DNA from: Centroscyllium fabricii
Lineage: Eukaryota
Assembly: GCA_051313645.2 (NCBI GenBank)
Contig: JBNRSN020000003.1
Span: forward strand, 394,630,001 to 394,694,000
Direction: 5' to 3'
DNA: 64,000 nucleotides
A program made the position numbers and the translations under genes. Positions within the stretch are counted from its first letter, which is position 1. Each line of letters opens with the position of its first letter. The notes below the pieces were generated by a model. It made no database searches. It was not told the origin of the DNA and was given only the letters and a program-made list of their open reading frames with translations. This document shows, piece by piece, positions 49,267-61,300 of this stretch.

Positions 49267-49433
49267 AGTCCAAAGATGTGCGGGTTAGGTTAATTGGCCA
49301 GGATAAATTGACCCTTAGTGTTAGGGGGATTAAATATGTGGGGTTATCGGGATAGGGTGGGATATGTGTCGGTGCAGGTTCGATGGGCCGAAATGGCCTC
49401 TATCTGCACTGTAGGGATTCTATGATTCTATGA
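49267..49433 (+). mobile_element. V-SINE, short-tail subfamily, 5'-truncated
   Basis: Starts at agtccaaagatgtg. Confidence 0.88.
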
Positions 49434-50147
49434 TTAGATGAAGCTGGTATAATACTTTTTCTTGCATCCTATGACTTACTTTGCTCAAGTTTTTTACAAG
49501 TAGAATCTGATCCCGCACCCACTTAGAACTTTTGGGAATCCCCAAGCAGTCATTATTGCTTCAAGGAAATTTGACCCATATTTACAACTAAGTAGAATGT
49601 GAAATGGCTCTTACTGATTTCAGTTGTACACACTACTCTAAAGATAGGATCAACCCAATTTACAGTGAGCAACAACTTAGGAGATCTTCTCTACTCAATG
49701 AAAAAATGAGATGTGAATGAAAGAATTGTAGACCATCGAGTTTGTCACAGGTTGGAGGATAAATACTTGGGATTATTTTTCACGATGCTATCACTGTTCA
49801 TCTGAAGGGCTTTGGGAATCATAAGAAAGTCCTTTGGAAGAATAGACTGAATGACACAGGGGGGCTCTGTGAGATCCTGGCTGTGTGAGCCACGAGTCGT
49901 TGTGATTGGTTCTTGTGGGACACCTATAGAAAGAGAAAAGGAACATGTGTTAAAATGCCGGGTGCTTGACACCCATTCATACGTACTGTATGACACTGTA
50001 TTGTGAGTTAGTGTCTACTTGGGGGGTAGTGAGTGAATCACTAGGGGAAGAAAAAGAACAGAAAAAATATGATACTAAGCTTTAGGAAGACCTCTGACTT
50101 CTCCCTCTTTCAAGAATTGCAAGACACTGATTCTCTGTGTGACTCAG

Positions 50148-50420
50148 AGTCCAAAGATGTGCGGGTTAGGTTGATTGGCCAGGATAAATTGACCCTTAGT
50201 GTTAGGGGGATTGAATATGTGGGGTTACGGGGATAGGGTGGGATATGTGTCGGTGCAGGCTTGATATGGATCGAGGGATATGGGGACAAGGCAGGGACAG
50301 GGTACTGGGTTTGGATGATCAGCCATGATCTCATTGATCTCATTGAATGGCGGAGCAGGCTCGAAGGGCCGAATGGCCTACTCCTGCTCCTATCTTCTAT
50401 GTTTCGAGATGTTTCTATGA
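50148..50420 (+). mobile_element. V-SINE, long-tail subfamily, 5'-truncated
   Basis: Starts at agtccaaagatgtg. Confidence 0.88.
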
Positions 50421-51345
50421 GGCTTAACAGAAGGACTCAGCCAGCTTCCCATACATATCGGTTCTCTTCTGCCATACATTATGTTATCCTGAAAGCAGAT
50501 TTGAGAAGTTGGAAGTGTCAGAAATGTATCCTGTTCATGAGGGCCAGATATTTCACCTAATCACGAAGGTGTTACACAGTGAAAGCTTGCTGTACATGGA
50601 TAACATAGCTTGACCCAGGAAGATTCAGTGGCATCGGGCAAGTGTAAACCAAGATCTCTGTTGCCTGCAGTTGTTTATTGTAAAATTGTCACTATTGAGT
50701 TTACTCTTCTTGGAAGGTTTACCTATGGTTATTCACCTATTCCAGGTGATGAAACAAGTTTGAGAGAATTTATCATAGTGCAAATCGTATGTGGTCTGTT
50801 GGAATAAAAAAATAGATTCGGTGTTCAATTGGGCTTTTCTTGTTCCATGATTTTCTATGACTTCATAAACATGAGAGTGTTCTTAAAATTCAAAATTGCT
50901 GCATTCTCAACAAAAAAGTACAACTTGATGTCAGCACATTTCAGATTTTTGCACAGGAGTCAGTACCTGTTTGGAGTCCCATTGAATAATGAGCAACAAC
51001 GAATGAATGCAAATTGTACTTGGGTCATTTAGATTTCATCCCTCATGCATCAGACAGCTCAGAATATTTCAAACCACTGTTACCTCTAGACTCAAATACT
51101 TCAACTGTAGAATATTTTGCACTCCTTTTTGGCTTTAGGGCAATTAAAGTCAGCACTCCTCCACTGAATACCAGAGGCAAATTAACACTGGAGAGGTGAC
51201 TACCTACACTTCATATGACACAGATTGGTTTAGAATACTGTACCATTAGGCGGCAGAGCTGAACAATTTGAATAATAAAACGTGAAGGAATCTTTTGGTT
51301 TCCACTTGTTGCATTCAGTGGGAATAACATTATTGAAAATGTTTA

Positions 51346-52034
51346 GGCCTAAAAATTCAGTTGTTTTGCACCTCCTGTTAGTGCCCTAAGAGGGCGCTAA
51401 CGGGGCACTAGTTCTGCCAATGCCTCCTGTGAAATTGAGCATGAGGTTAGCGGCGGCAATAACCGTTAGCGTCCCGCGGCACGGCCAGCAATGATGTCGT
51501 CGCCATGCGCAGCACCCCAGCCACGATCTTCGGTAGCGTCCCCTGACTTACCGCCGGACGCTGTGTCCGACAGGGTTAGAGGGGCCTACCTGCAGCTGCG
51601 ATGGCGCTAATTAAAGGGAATGTGCCGGGCGGCCATTTTTGATGCTGGCCGCCTTCCAGCACCTGCCCCCTCTGCCGTCCCCGGCCTCCTCTTGAAGCCC
51701 CCCCGTGGAGTGCCGGCTGCGCTCCGTGAGCCCGGCACTTCTGTTGAGTGCCGGGCTCTTTTGCCGGCTCTCCGATCTCTGGTGGCACATCTGGGCCCGG
51801 GGTCGTGCTGCACAAGGTCCCTCCCCTTTAAGAAGGGGCGGAAAGCCTGCAGTGCCGCGGCGCGACGTGCTGCGATATTCACTTGCAGCGCCCCAAGAGG
51901 GAGGTGGAGCCGCTTCCCTCTTGGGGCACTACCAGTGAATTTCATCCACCGGGGCGCTAATTTTGTTTGCTCGCTAAACGTAGCGCCCCGGCGAAGTAAG
52001 TGCCCCAAAGGGGCACGCCCCAATTTCCCCCCCG
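51346..52034. mobile_element. GC-rich Harbinger-type MITE related to 13454-14190
   Basis: Shared GCGCTAA/TTAGCGC motifs, 'cccctttaag' core, AATTTCCCCC end. Confidence 0.55.
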
Positions 52035-52586
52035 CTAGTGCCTGTGATAAATCTACATTTTGGGCCTGCATGTTGTTCTGAGCCATTGCACTGAATGAGG
52101 ACTTGTTTCAGTGCCAGACCTACTTAATGTATTACAGGGACAGGATGAACTTGGGTCAGGATTACTCATAAATCTGACCCATTAAGTCTGGCCATACATC
52201 AGTGGGCTTAGTTTTGAAGTAAGAATTATACTGTACTTATTTCCACTTGAAGGTGACTGAAATACAGTGAACATTCAAGAATAAAAGCCCTGGCACTGAC
52301 CCAAAAGTCAATGTATTGGTCAGAATGTAACTTGACCTGTTAAATCTAATGCGATTTGTACCTGAAGTCTCCATTATTTTTTTGTTTGCCAATTATTTTT
52401 AGTACAAAAAAAATCACAAGCATAAACATAACTTACAACACAAACATCTGCTTAAATTAACACCATTTTAACTATTCATGGCAAGAAGTATGATTTGAAT
52501 TAATTTATGTTTTATAACCTCAGTCACTACGCTTTCTCCTCAACACACCCTACGCAAGATTACATCCGTCTCCAAAACCCACTGCT

Positions 52587-53390
52587 TGGGGGGGATTTTC
52601 CCAGAGGTGCGGGTACCTGGCAGGGATTGGTTGGGGCAGGTTTCTGTTTAGCCCATCCAAGGGCCTGGAAAGCCAATGCTATTTTCCTTTAATTGCTCAA
52701 TTAAATCCGATCGTGCGGGGAGCCCCTGGTAATTGCCTCAGTCGAGTCGGCAATTACGGAGCTCTAGCGGGATTCTAGGAGGTTGACAGACAGCTGCGGG
52801 GACTGTGTGTTTACAGTTCCCATGGAAACACTTCACTGTGACATCACAGTGGAGTGCAACCAATGGTAAAGGCCAAGTGCTCTGAGTGACAGGTGAGCGG
52901 GCGGGCTGCAAATCTTTGACAGCTAGGGACCGGCTGTCAATGGAGCTGTCAGGTAAGATTTTTACATTTTTTTCCCCACAGCTGGTCTTCACCCAAGGGA
53001 GTCATTTACACCTCCAGGGTGTTGAAGGCCTGCAAAGCATTCTGCTCTAGGTCCTTCAACACCTTGAAGGAGAAAGTTACCAAGACCACTGTGTTCCTGC
53101 TGCATTTTCACCAGCGGGGTTTTAGGATGGCGGGGTTTGGGTGGGAAGGGGTGGAAAATAGGTGAGAGCCCTTAAAATGGCATTATCCAGACCAATTCAG
53201 GATCCTCAACTACTTTAATTAGCATCCCCGCCAGTGCCGGGCGGGAAGGTTTAGGGATGGCGGGACACGCCGCCCGAAACTTACAAGTCAGCGGTGATCT
53301 GGCGGGGAGGACCTCTGGTTCCACGATTTTAGGCCCCCGTCCCGCCGGATCGCCGCCCTCATGCATCGAGGAAAATCACCCCCCCCCCCC
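52587..53390. mobile_element. Non-autonomous Harbinger-type element (family of 2641-4231)
   Basis: GGGGGGATTTT ... AAAATCACCCC; colinear similarity. Confidence 0.65.
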
Positions 53391-53549
53391 CTTTCTCATG
53401 AGGCATTCCGATTTAACGCTATATCAAAAAGTAAAAATAAACCCAAATGTCCTTGGCATACGTAAAAAAAATACTGGGCCTGAAATTCATAAAACGTGCA
53501 TAAAAGCAATTTAAAAAAAAACTTTCAATGAATCAGGTAATGAACTGAG

Positions 53550-54285
53550 AGGTTATGGATTTCCGGAAAGACTGAACAGGCTGGGGCTCTTTTCTCTCGT
53601 AGCAGTGATCTGATAGAGGTCTTTAAAATTATGAAGTGGTTTGATAGGGCGGCACTTTGGCATAGTGGTTAGCACTATTGCATCACAGCACTAGAGACCC
53701 GGGTTCAAATCCAGCCTCGGGTGACTATCTGTGTGGAGTTTGCACATTCTCCCCGTGTCTGCGTGGGTTTCCTCCGGGTGCTCCGGTTTCCTCCCACAGT
53801 CCAAAGATGTGCGGGTTAGGTTGATTGGCCATGATAAATTGACCCTTAGTGTTAGGGGGATTGAATATGTGGGGTTACGGGGATAGGGTGGGATATGTGT
53901 CGGTGCAGGCTCGATAGGGATCAAGGGATATGGGGAGAAGGCAGGGACAGGGTGCTGGGTTTGGATGATCAGCCATGGCCTACTCCTGCTCGTATCTTCT
54001 ATGTTTCTATGTTTCTATGATAGGGTAGACATGGAGAAAATGTTTCCTCTTGTGAGGTGACCAAAACGCGGGGCCATAAATATAAAATAGACACCAATAA
54101 ATCAAATAAGGAACTCGGGAGAAACTTCTTCACCCAAAGTATGGTGAGAATGTGGAACTCGCTCCCACGTGGAGTGGTTGAGGCGAACAGCAAAGATGCA
54201 TTTAAGGGGAGGCTAGACAAGTAGTTGAGGGATATAGAAATAGGGACCAAATGGCCTGTTTCTGTGCTGTAACTTCTATGTAACT
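53550..54285 (+). mobile_element. CR1 3' fragment containing a V-SINE with intact head (53647-54018)
   Basis: RLNRLGLFSL..DLIEVFKIMK remnant; SINE flanked by a TGATAGG duplication. Confidence 0.85.
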
Positions 54286-54705
54286 CGGTGGTGTGCATGT
54301 CATTCCTAAGTCGCAAATCTAAAGTATCTGAATTCCTAAGCAGTGTTGAAAAAGTAACAGCCAAACACAATAAGTAAACAATAATGATCTTCGTAGTCTC
54401 CTCAAGCAGCTATTGAGCCACTTAACACCAATCAATTTTGAAAACTCTTGAGAATCCAGCTACAGGGTGTCGAATAGCAGTGTAAAATGGTTAAATGAGG
54501 CTGCAGCTAGTTTCAGTGAGGCGGCTCCACAAAAGCAGGTGAATGTGGTGTGGGGCCAGATTTTCAGAGGGTGAGGACATCACCCTAATACCCAAAGTAG
54601 TTTGGCCACGTCATCTCCACTCAGAGGAGTTGGCAGAAGGTTTGGACGAAATTGCACAAGTTTAAGGGAACCACAAATGAAAGGCATAAATATTACCATG
54701 CACAG

Positions 54706-55404
54706 TGTGGTAAACCACTCTTTTGTACATATATATATTGTTGTAATCGTACTTTCACTATGTTGTATTATAGTTCTCTGTATGCGATTACCTGGACATG
54801 CCCATGCTGGCCCCGCCTGCGACTCCTCCCTCCCGGGACCAGGTATATAAGCGGCCGTCTCCCTTCCCCCAGCCATTCCTGGGGACATAGAAACATAGAA
54901 ACATAGAAACATAGAAGATAGGAGCAGGAGTAGGCCATTCGGCCCTTCGAGCCTGCTCCGCCATTCAATGAGATCATGGCTGATCATCCAAACCCAGCAC
55001 CCTGTCCCTGCCTTGTCCCCATATCCCTCGATTCCTATCGAGCCTACACCGACACATATCCCACCCTATCCCCGTAACCCCACATATTTAATCCCCCTAA
55101 CACTAAGGGTCAATTTATCCTGGCCAATCAACCTAACCCGCACATCTTTGGACTGTGGGAGGAAACCGGAGCACCCGGAGGAAACCCACGCAGACACGGG
55201 GAGAATGTGCAAACTCCACACAGATAGTACCCGAGGCTGGATTTGAACCCGGGTCTCCAGTGCTGTGAGGCAACAGTGCTAACCACTATGCCACCGTGCC
55301 GCCCGGGACGGTCGACTAGCTGGTGCATGTCCACCTTTAGTGAATAAAAGCCTATAGTTTTCTCCTCTTAACTACTCGTCTCCGAGGTCGCTATTTCGGT
55401 CACA
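54706..55404 (+). mobile_element. Solo LTR of the 36302 element family, interrupted by a V-SINE
   Basis: Near-identical to 40448-40725; TSD CACAG. Confidence 0.92.
54887..55304 (-). mobile_element. Full-length V-SINE, long-tail subfamily
   Basis: A/B boxes, V domain, tail; TSD GGGAC. Confidence 0.93.
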
Positions 55405-56041
55405 CACAGTAAGAGTGCAGCACATGAGGGAAAGTGCTGGCTGTGAAAAAATACATGCTGAAATGTATGCAATGAGGTGTGTGGCAAAATAGGAGTTCAG
55501 TTATCTTTGTAATGGAGTGGGACGTGGCAATGTGGCTGACCCCTAAGATGTCCACTATTAGGTCTGAAAGGTACCAGTAGCATAAACGTTGAGGGCAGTA
55601 GTGAGCATTCCTGCACCTGGTACAGAATTGCAAATGTTTGATTGTCCGAATATTTTTCTTGGAGCAAGTTTTGATGGACAGTGTTTAAACTCAAATGTCT
55701 ACATGACAACAGTGGAAATACTGCAAAAGCAATTAATTGTATATGAAGCACTTTGAGATAATTAATTAAACTTTTACTGTCATTATACAATGTACAAGTA
55801 CATGAACAACGAAATGTGATCTTGCAAGCTCCCAAGAGTCCAGCAAAGCCGCTGCGTCTGTGCGCGCCTCTATTCCATCTTTCCGACAATCTTCAGCCAA
55901 CCGCCCCTCCCCTGGGCTCCTTTCGTGACCTTCTGCACCTGCACCTGGTATTCTGCACCTGGTATTCCCCCATCCAAGGCCTGGCTCTACTTAGCTTCCA
56001 AGCCTTGCCAGTGACCCTGTCCCTAGTCCCAGGAACAGGTT

Positions 56042-56850
56042 ACATAGAGGCATAGAAGATAGGAGCAGGAGTAGGCCATTCGGCCCCTCGAGCCTGCTCC
56101 GCCATTGAATGAGATCATGGCTGATCATCTAAATTTAGTACCCTGTCCCTGCCTTCTCCCCATATATCCCTTGATCCCCTTAGTCTTAGCCAACTCCTTC
56201 TTGAATATATTTAATGAACTGGCCTCCACTGCCCTCTGTGGCAGAGAATTTTTCCACAGGTGCACCACTCTCTGGGTGAAGAAATTCCTCCTCATCTCAG
56301 TCCTAAATGGCTTACCCCTTATCCTTAGACTATGACCCCTGGTTCTGGACTCCCCAGCCATCGGGAACATCCTTCCTGCATCTAGTCTGTCCAGGCCTAA
56401 CAGAATTTTCTAGGTTTCGATGAGATCCCCTCTCAATCTTCTAAACTCCAGTGAGTATAAGCCCAATCGACCCAATCTCTCCTCATACGTCATTCCAGCC
56501 ATCCCAGGTAGCAGCCTGGTGAATCTTCGCTGCACTCCCTCCATGGCAAGAACATCCTTCCTCAGATCAGGTGACCAAAACTGCACACAATACTCAAGAT
56601 TTGGTCTCACCAAGGCCCTGTACAACTACAGATCCTGTTCTCGAACCCTCTCGCTCCAAAGGCCAACATGCCATTTGCCTTGTTAAGCGCCTGTTGCACC
56701 TGCATGCTTACCTTCAGCGACTGGTGCACAAGAACACCCAGGTCTCTTTGCACTTCACCTTCTCCCAATCTATTGCCATTCAGATAATAATCTGTCTTCC
56801 TGTTTTTGCCACCAAAGTGGATAACCTCACATTTATCCACATTATAGTGC
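56042..56850 (-). mobile_element. CR1 LINE 3' fragment
   Basis: [39 protein letters not shown] motifs; tail matches the long-tail V-SINE tail. Confidence 0.92.
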
Positions 56851-57169
56851 ATGATGAGGTGCTGTACATAAATGCAATTGTTTCTTTACCTCACCTTGAC
56901 TGACTCTGGAGTTCACACAAGCCAACTCATCCAAATGATATCAGCTCTCACTGTTTAGCCAAAATGTTAACCGCAATTAATTGTAATTGTTTGAATTGTT
57001 TATTAATAAAAACAATGGCTCCTTAAGAGAATTTCGATGAATTTGCACTAAATTGAATGTATTGTAAGTGCAGATATTGATGATGTCATATTACCAGAAT
57101 CTATTACATGAATCTAAAGAAAGCAATACATTTTCTTCATGTTAATAAACATTAAACCTGACATAAGTA

Positions 57170-57720
57170 CAAGTTGAGCACCGTTAATCTGGCATGGTCG
57201 GGACCAGGACCGTGCCGAATTTTTGAAAACTCCGATTGATTGAAGTTCGGCGAGCGCATGTGCAGACCGTTCAAAATGGCCGCCGCAAATTTTGAATGGT
57301 CTGTGCATGCACGCGCCGAAGCATCAATCGTTCGGGGAGAGGCCCGGGCATGCGCAGCCAAGCACGGTAGCCATATTGCCCATGTGCAGACCAGTCGGGG
57401 AGGCCCGGACATGCGCAGCCACATGCGGCGGCCATTTTGAGCATGCGTGGGGCAATCGGGCAGAGGCCTGGGCATGCACAGCCACGCGAGGCGGCCATTT
57501 TGCGCATGCGCAGACAAGTCGAGTAGGCCCGGGCATGCGCAGCCACATGCGATGGCCATTTTGCGCATGCGCAGACCATTTGTGCAGTCGGGGAGAGTCC
57601 TGGGCATGCGCAGCCAAGCACGGTGGCCATTTTGCACATGCACGCACCAGTCGGCCAGATTCGTGCCGGACGTTTGGAGTTGCCGGACAAACGGTGTCCA
57701 GATTAACGGTGCTCAACCTG
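57170..57720. mobile_element. pogo/Tigger-type MITE with ~5 copies of a ~60-bp tandem unit
   Basis: TA-CAAGTTGAGCACCGTTAATCTGG ... CCAGATTAACGGTGCTCAACCTG-TA. Confidence 0.88.
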
Positions 57721-57724
57721 TACT

Positions 57725-58100
57725 ACTGAGGCACAAGATGGTGAGTTTGAGTCCTACTGCAGGCCTCGGGCACCTACTCCAGTGCAGTTACTGATGTTCA
57801 AGCCTTTAGATGATATGTTAAAACAAGGTCCTGTCTGCTTGTTCCAGTGGTTCAGGATGACACTCGAGATCCCAGGGCATTATTTGAAGATTAGCAGTGA
57901 ATTCTCGCGGTGTTCTGGCCAACATTACTTCCTCAACCTAATACCACCTAAAGACCAATTCACCTTGTGGGTGTTTTTGGGACATTTTAAGGTGGAGAAT
58001 GGTTGTCATGTTTGCTCACGCAACAATGGTTGCAGAACTTCAGCGGTAATTCATTGTATACATCACCTTTCAAAGTGAAAGGCTTTATAAAATGGGAAGA
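57725..58100 (+). mobile_element. Old Deu-domain SINE remnant
   Basis: Degenerate similarity to the reverse complement of 10575-11000. Confidence 0.5.
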
Positions 58101-58325
58101 TTTTTCTTACATAACTTGGTATTCTTTAAAACCGAACATGATAGTCTTGTGTATGAATATACTATATTGTTTCTGTAAAAAGAATAGTCAGCAAAGACGA
58201 ATGTTCACTCCACGCGAGCAACTCTAGCTGTAGAGTATTATTGATGTATTTATACAGCCTGCATTGATATCCCAGTCTTGACTGATCTTGGAGCCCAGCT
58301 ACCCTGGCTGAAAGAACATCACTGG

Positions 58326-61300
58326 TGTTGAGGCCTGCAAGGCTGAAGGACCACGCTGGACACAGAGAGGTTAGAAGGAGAGTTTTTATTATACTACTTG
58401 TTACAACTAGGGCCAGGTGGAGGGAAGAGACTGAGCCACCTGGCGCTCAGGTATTTAAAGGTCCCGCGGTTGGGGACGTCACTGCCGGCTGGCCACCTGG
58501 TGACGTCATCACGTCGGGGAAGTCCGTGCGTCCTCCGACGGGCGGGGCCGCTTTGCAGCCTTCCCAGCGCGGGTTCGTGGCTGCCGGTGGGCGTGTCGCC
58601 ACACAGCTCCCCCCCAGAATCTGCGAGGGGAAGTGTAGTTTCCTAGAGGAGAGGGAGACAAAAAGGAGAGCAGACACACATTTCGATTACACACAGAATG
58701 TCCGACAGTTTGCCGCAATGGCCTGGTGTTGTGGCCGGCAGGTGTTGTGTGCTGTTCCGTGGTTCGAAAAATGGTGTTGTGGCGGGCCGTCTATGCTCTG
58801 CCAGTGTCGCCTCAGGCGAGGCGCTTAGGTGGCCTGAGGGTACGGCCGGCACGTGTGATGTGTTGCTTGTTGGTCTGTGTGGGAGTGTGGGCGGGTTTTG
58901 GTGCGGTAGGGCGGCCGCGTTTAGGTGGTTGTGCGGGGACTGTTGTCTCGCCCGCCATTACGTGTGCTGGTTTGAGCCGGTCAATGGATACGGTCTCAGT
59001 TCTGTTGCCCATTTGAATGTCAAACGTTTTGGGTCCCGCCCGAAGCACTCTGAATGGCCCGTCGTACGGTGCCTGCAGCGGTGTTTTGTGTGAGTCATGG
59101 CGGACAAACACGTACTTGGCATCCTGAATGGCATCGGGGACACGTGTCGCAGGGTGACCGTGGCGGGCCACCGGAAGTGGTTTGAATTCTGCTGCCTGGT
59201 TGTTGAATTCCCTGAGGCAGCGCTCGGCCGACCAGGGTTCGCTTGTTTCTGCGACGAACTCGCCTGGTACCGTTAGTGGTTGGCCGTAAACGAGTTCGGC
59301 TGCCGAGGCGTGTAGATCTTCTTTGGCCGCTGAGCGGAGGCCGAGCATTACCCAGGGCAGGCGGTCCGTCCAGGTTGCGTCCTAGAGGCTGGCCCGCAGG
59401 GATGTTTTAAAAGTTCGGTGGAACCGTTCGCAGAGGCCGTTGGCTTGCGGGTGGTAGGCAGTGGTTCGGTGCAGGGTTACCCCAAGGTCGTGAGCGATGG
59501 TTGACCATAGAGTTGAAGTGAATTGGGGGCCCCTGTCTGAAGTAATGTCGTTGGGGACGCCGAAGCGGGCGACCCAGGTGGCGATGAAGGCCCTGGCCAG
59601 TTCGGCGGTGGTGGTCGTGTTGAGGGGGACCGCTTCAGGCCAGCGGGTGGTGCGGTCGACCATTGTGAGGAGGTACGAGTGTCCACGTGATGGGGGTAGT
59701 GGTCCAACCAGGTCGATGTGCACGTGGCTGAAGCGTCTGGCGGGGATGACGATTGGTTGGAGTGGTGCTTTGATGTGTTTGTGCACCTTGGCTCGCTGGC
59801 AGGCATTGCACGAGGTGGTCCAGGCGCGGACATCTTGTTTTAGGCCGCGCCAAACGAATCGCGCAGAGATGAGCTTGGTGGATGCGCGGACGCCGGGGTG
59901 GGAGAGGCCGTGGAGGGTCTGGAAGATGTGCTGCCTCCACGCGGGGGGCACCACGGGCCTGGGTTGGGGCAGGGTGACGTCGCAGCGGACCCCCGTGGCT
60001 GTGGGTCCGTGTGCTACGGTGGCTAAGAGTAGGCCGGGAAGTTTGTTGGTGGGGTCGAGGAGGTCGGGATCGCTGAGTTGGTCGGCCGCCATTTTGACGT
60101 AGTCGACCGCGGTCTGGACAGTGTTGGTGGTTGGGAATGCGCAGCAGTGTGCGCAGGCGCGGTTGGTGGCTGGGGTTGGGGGGTGGTCGGGGTTGGGCTT
60201 GTGAATGGCGGGTTGTGAGAGGCAGTCGGCGACCACGTTGTCGCGGCCGGCAATGTGCTGGATGTCGGTCGTGAACTCGGACACGGCCGCGAGCTGGCGC
60301 TGCTGCCTGGCCGACCAGGGTTCGGAGAGCTTAGCCATTGCGGAGACTAGTGGTTTGTGGTCCACAAATGCTGTAAAGTGGCGGCCCTCCAAAAGGAAGC
60401 GGAAGTGGCGCACTGCGAGGTAGAGAGCGAGTAGCTCCCTATCGAAGGCGCTGTACTTGACCTCTGGGGGCCGGAGGCGGCGGCTGAAAAAGGCCAGTGG
60501 TTGCCATGAGTCGCCCGACCACTGCTCGAAGACTGCTCCGACAGCGTGGTCGGAGGCGTCGGTGGTGAGGGCTACTCTGGCGTTGGGCCTGGGGTGGCTG
60601 AGGAGGGTGGCTTTGGCAAGGGCCGTTTTGGTTGCGGTGAAAGCGGTGGCGGCTTCGGCCGTCCACTCGACCGCGGTCTTGTTGGATTGCCCGTGGGTGG
60701 CCTGGTAGAGGGGGGCCATGAGGGCGGCTGCGCCGGGGATGAAACGGTTGTAAAAATTAACCATTCCGAGGAATTCCTGCAGCCCCTTGATGGAGTGCGG
60801 GCGGGGGAATTCCTGGACCGCCTGCACCTTGGAGGGCAGGGGTATGGCCCCGGTGTGGGAGATGTGGTGGCCGAGGAAGTCAATAGCCTCGAGGCCGAAT
60901 CGGCACTTGGAGGGGCTTAATATGAGGCCGTGCTCGGCCAGGCGTTTAAAAAGGGTTCTGAGGTGGATGAGGTGTTCCCGGGGGGAGGCGCTGGCCACCA
61001 GGATGTCGTCAAGATAGACGAATGTGAACTGGAGGTCCCGGAGGACTGAGTCCATGAGGCGCTGGAAAGCCTGGGCCGCGTTTTTGAGTCCGAAGGGCAT
61101 CCGATGAAATTCGAATAGGCCGAATGGGGTGATGACGGCAGTCTTAGGGACATCCACCGGGTGCACTGGAACTTGGTGGTATCCCCGCACGAGGTCGATC
61201 TTTGAAAAGACCGTGCAGCCGGCTAGCCTCACGGAAAAATCCTGGATGTGGGGGACTGGGTACCTATCCGGGGTGGTGGCATTGTTGAGGCGGCAGTAGT

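Noticed and set aside
49480-49558. Chemokine C-terminal helix resemblance (C..P..KWV)
   Set aside because: Spacing is C-x3-P-x4-WV rather than C-x2-P-x3-WV, the Cys is not kept in the duplicate, and no CC/CXC exon was found
55240-55304. tRNA gene
   Set aside because: tRNA-derived SINE head continuing into V domain and LINE tail; same for 12200-12272 and 53647-53720
57325-57650. Regular repeats superficially like a CRISPR array
   Set aside because: Tandem degenerate units with no unique spacers, inside a eukaryotic MITE; no cas genes
59382-59384. Programmed stop-codon readthrough
   Set aside because: The stop lies inside integrase, not at the gag-pol boundary; more likely a point mutation
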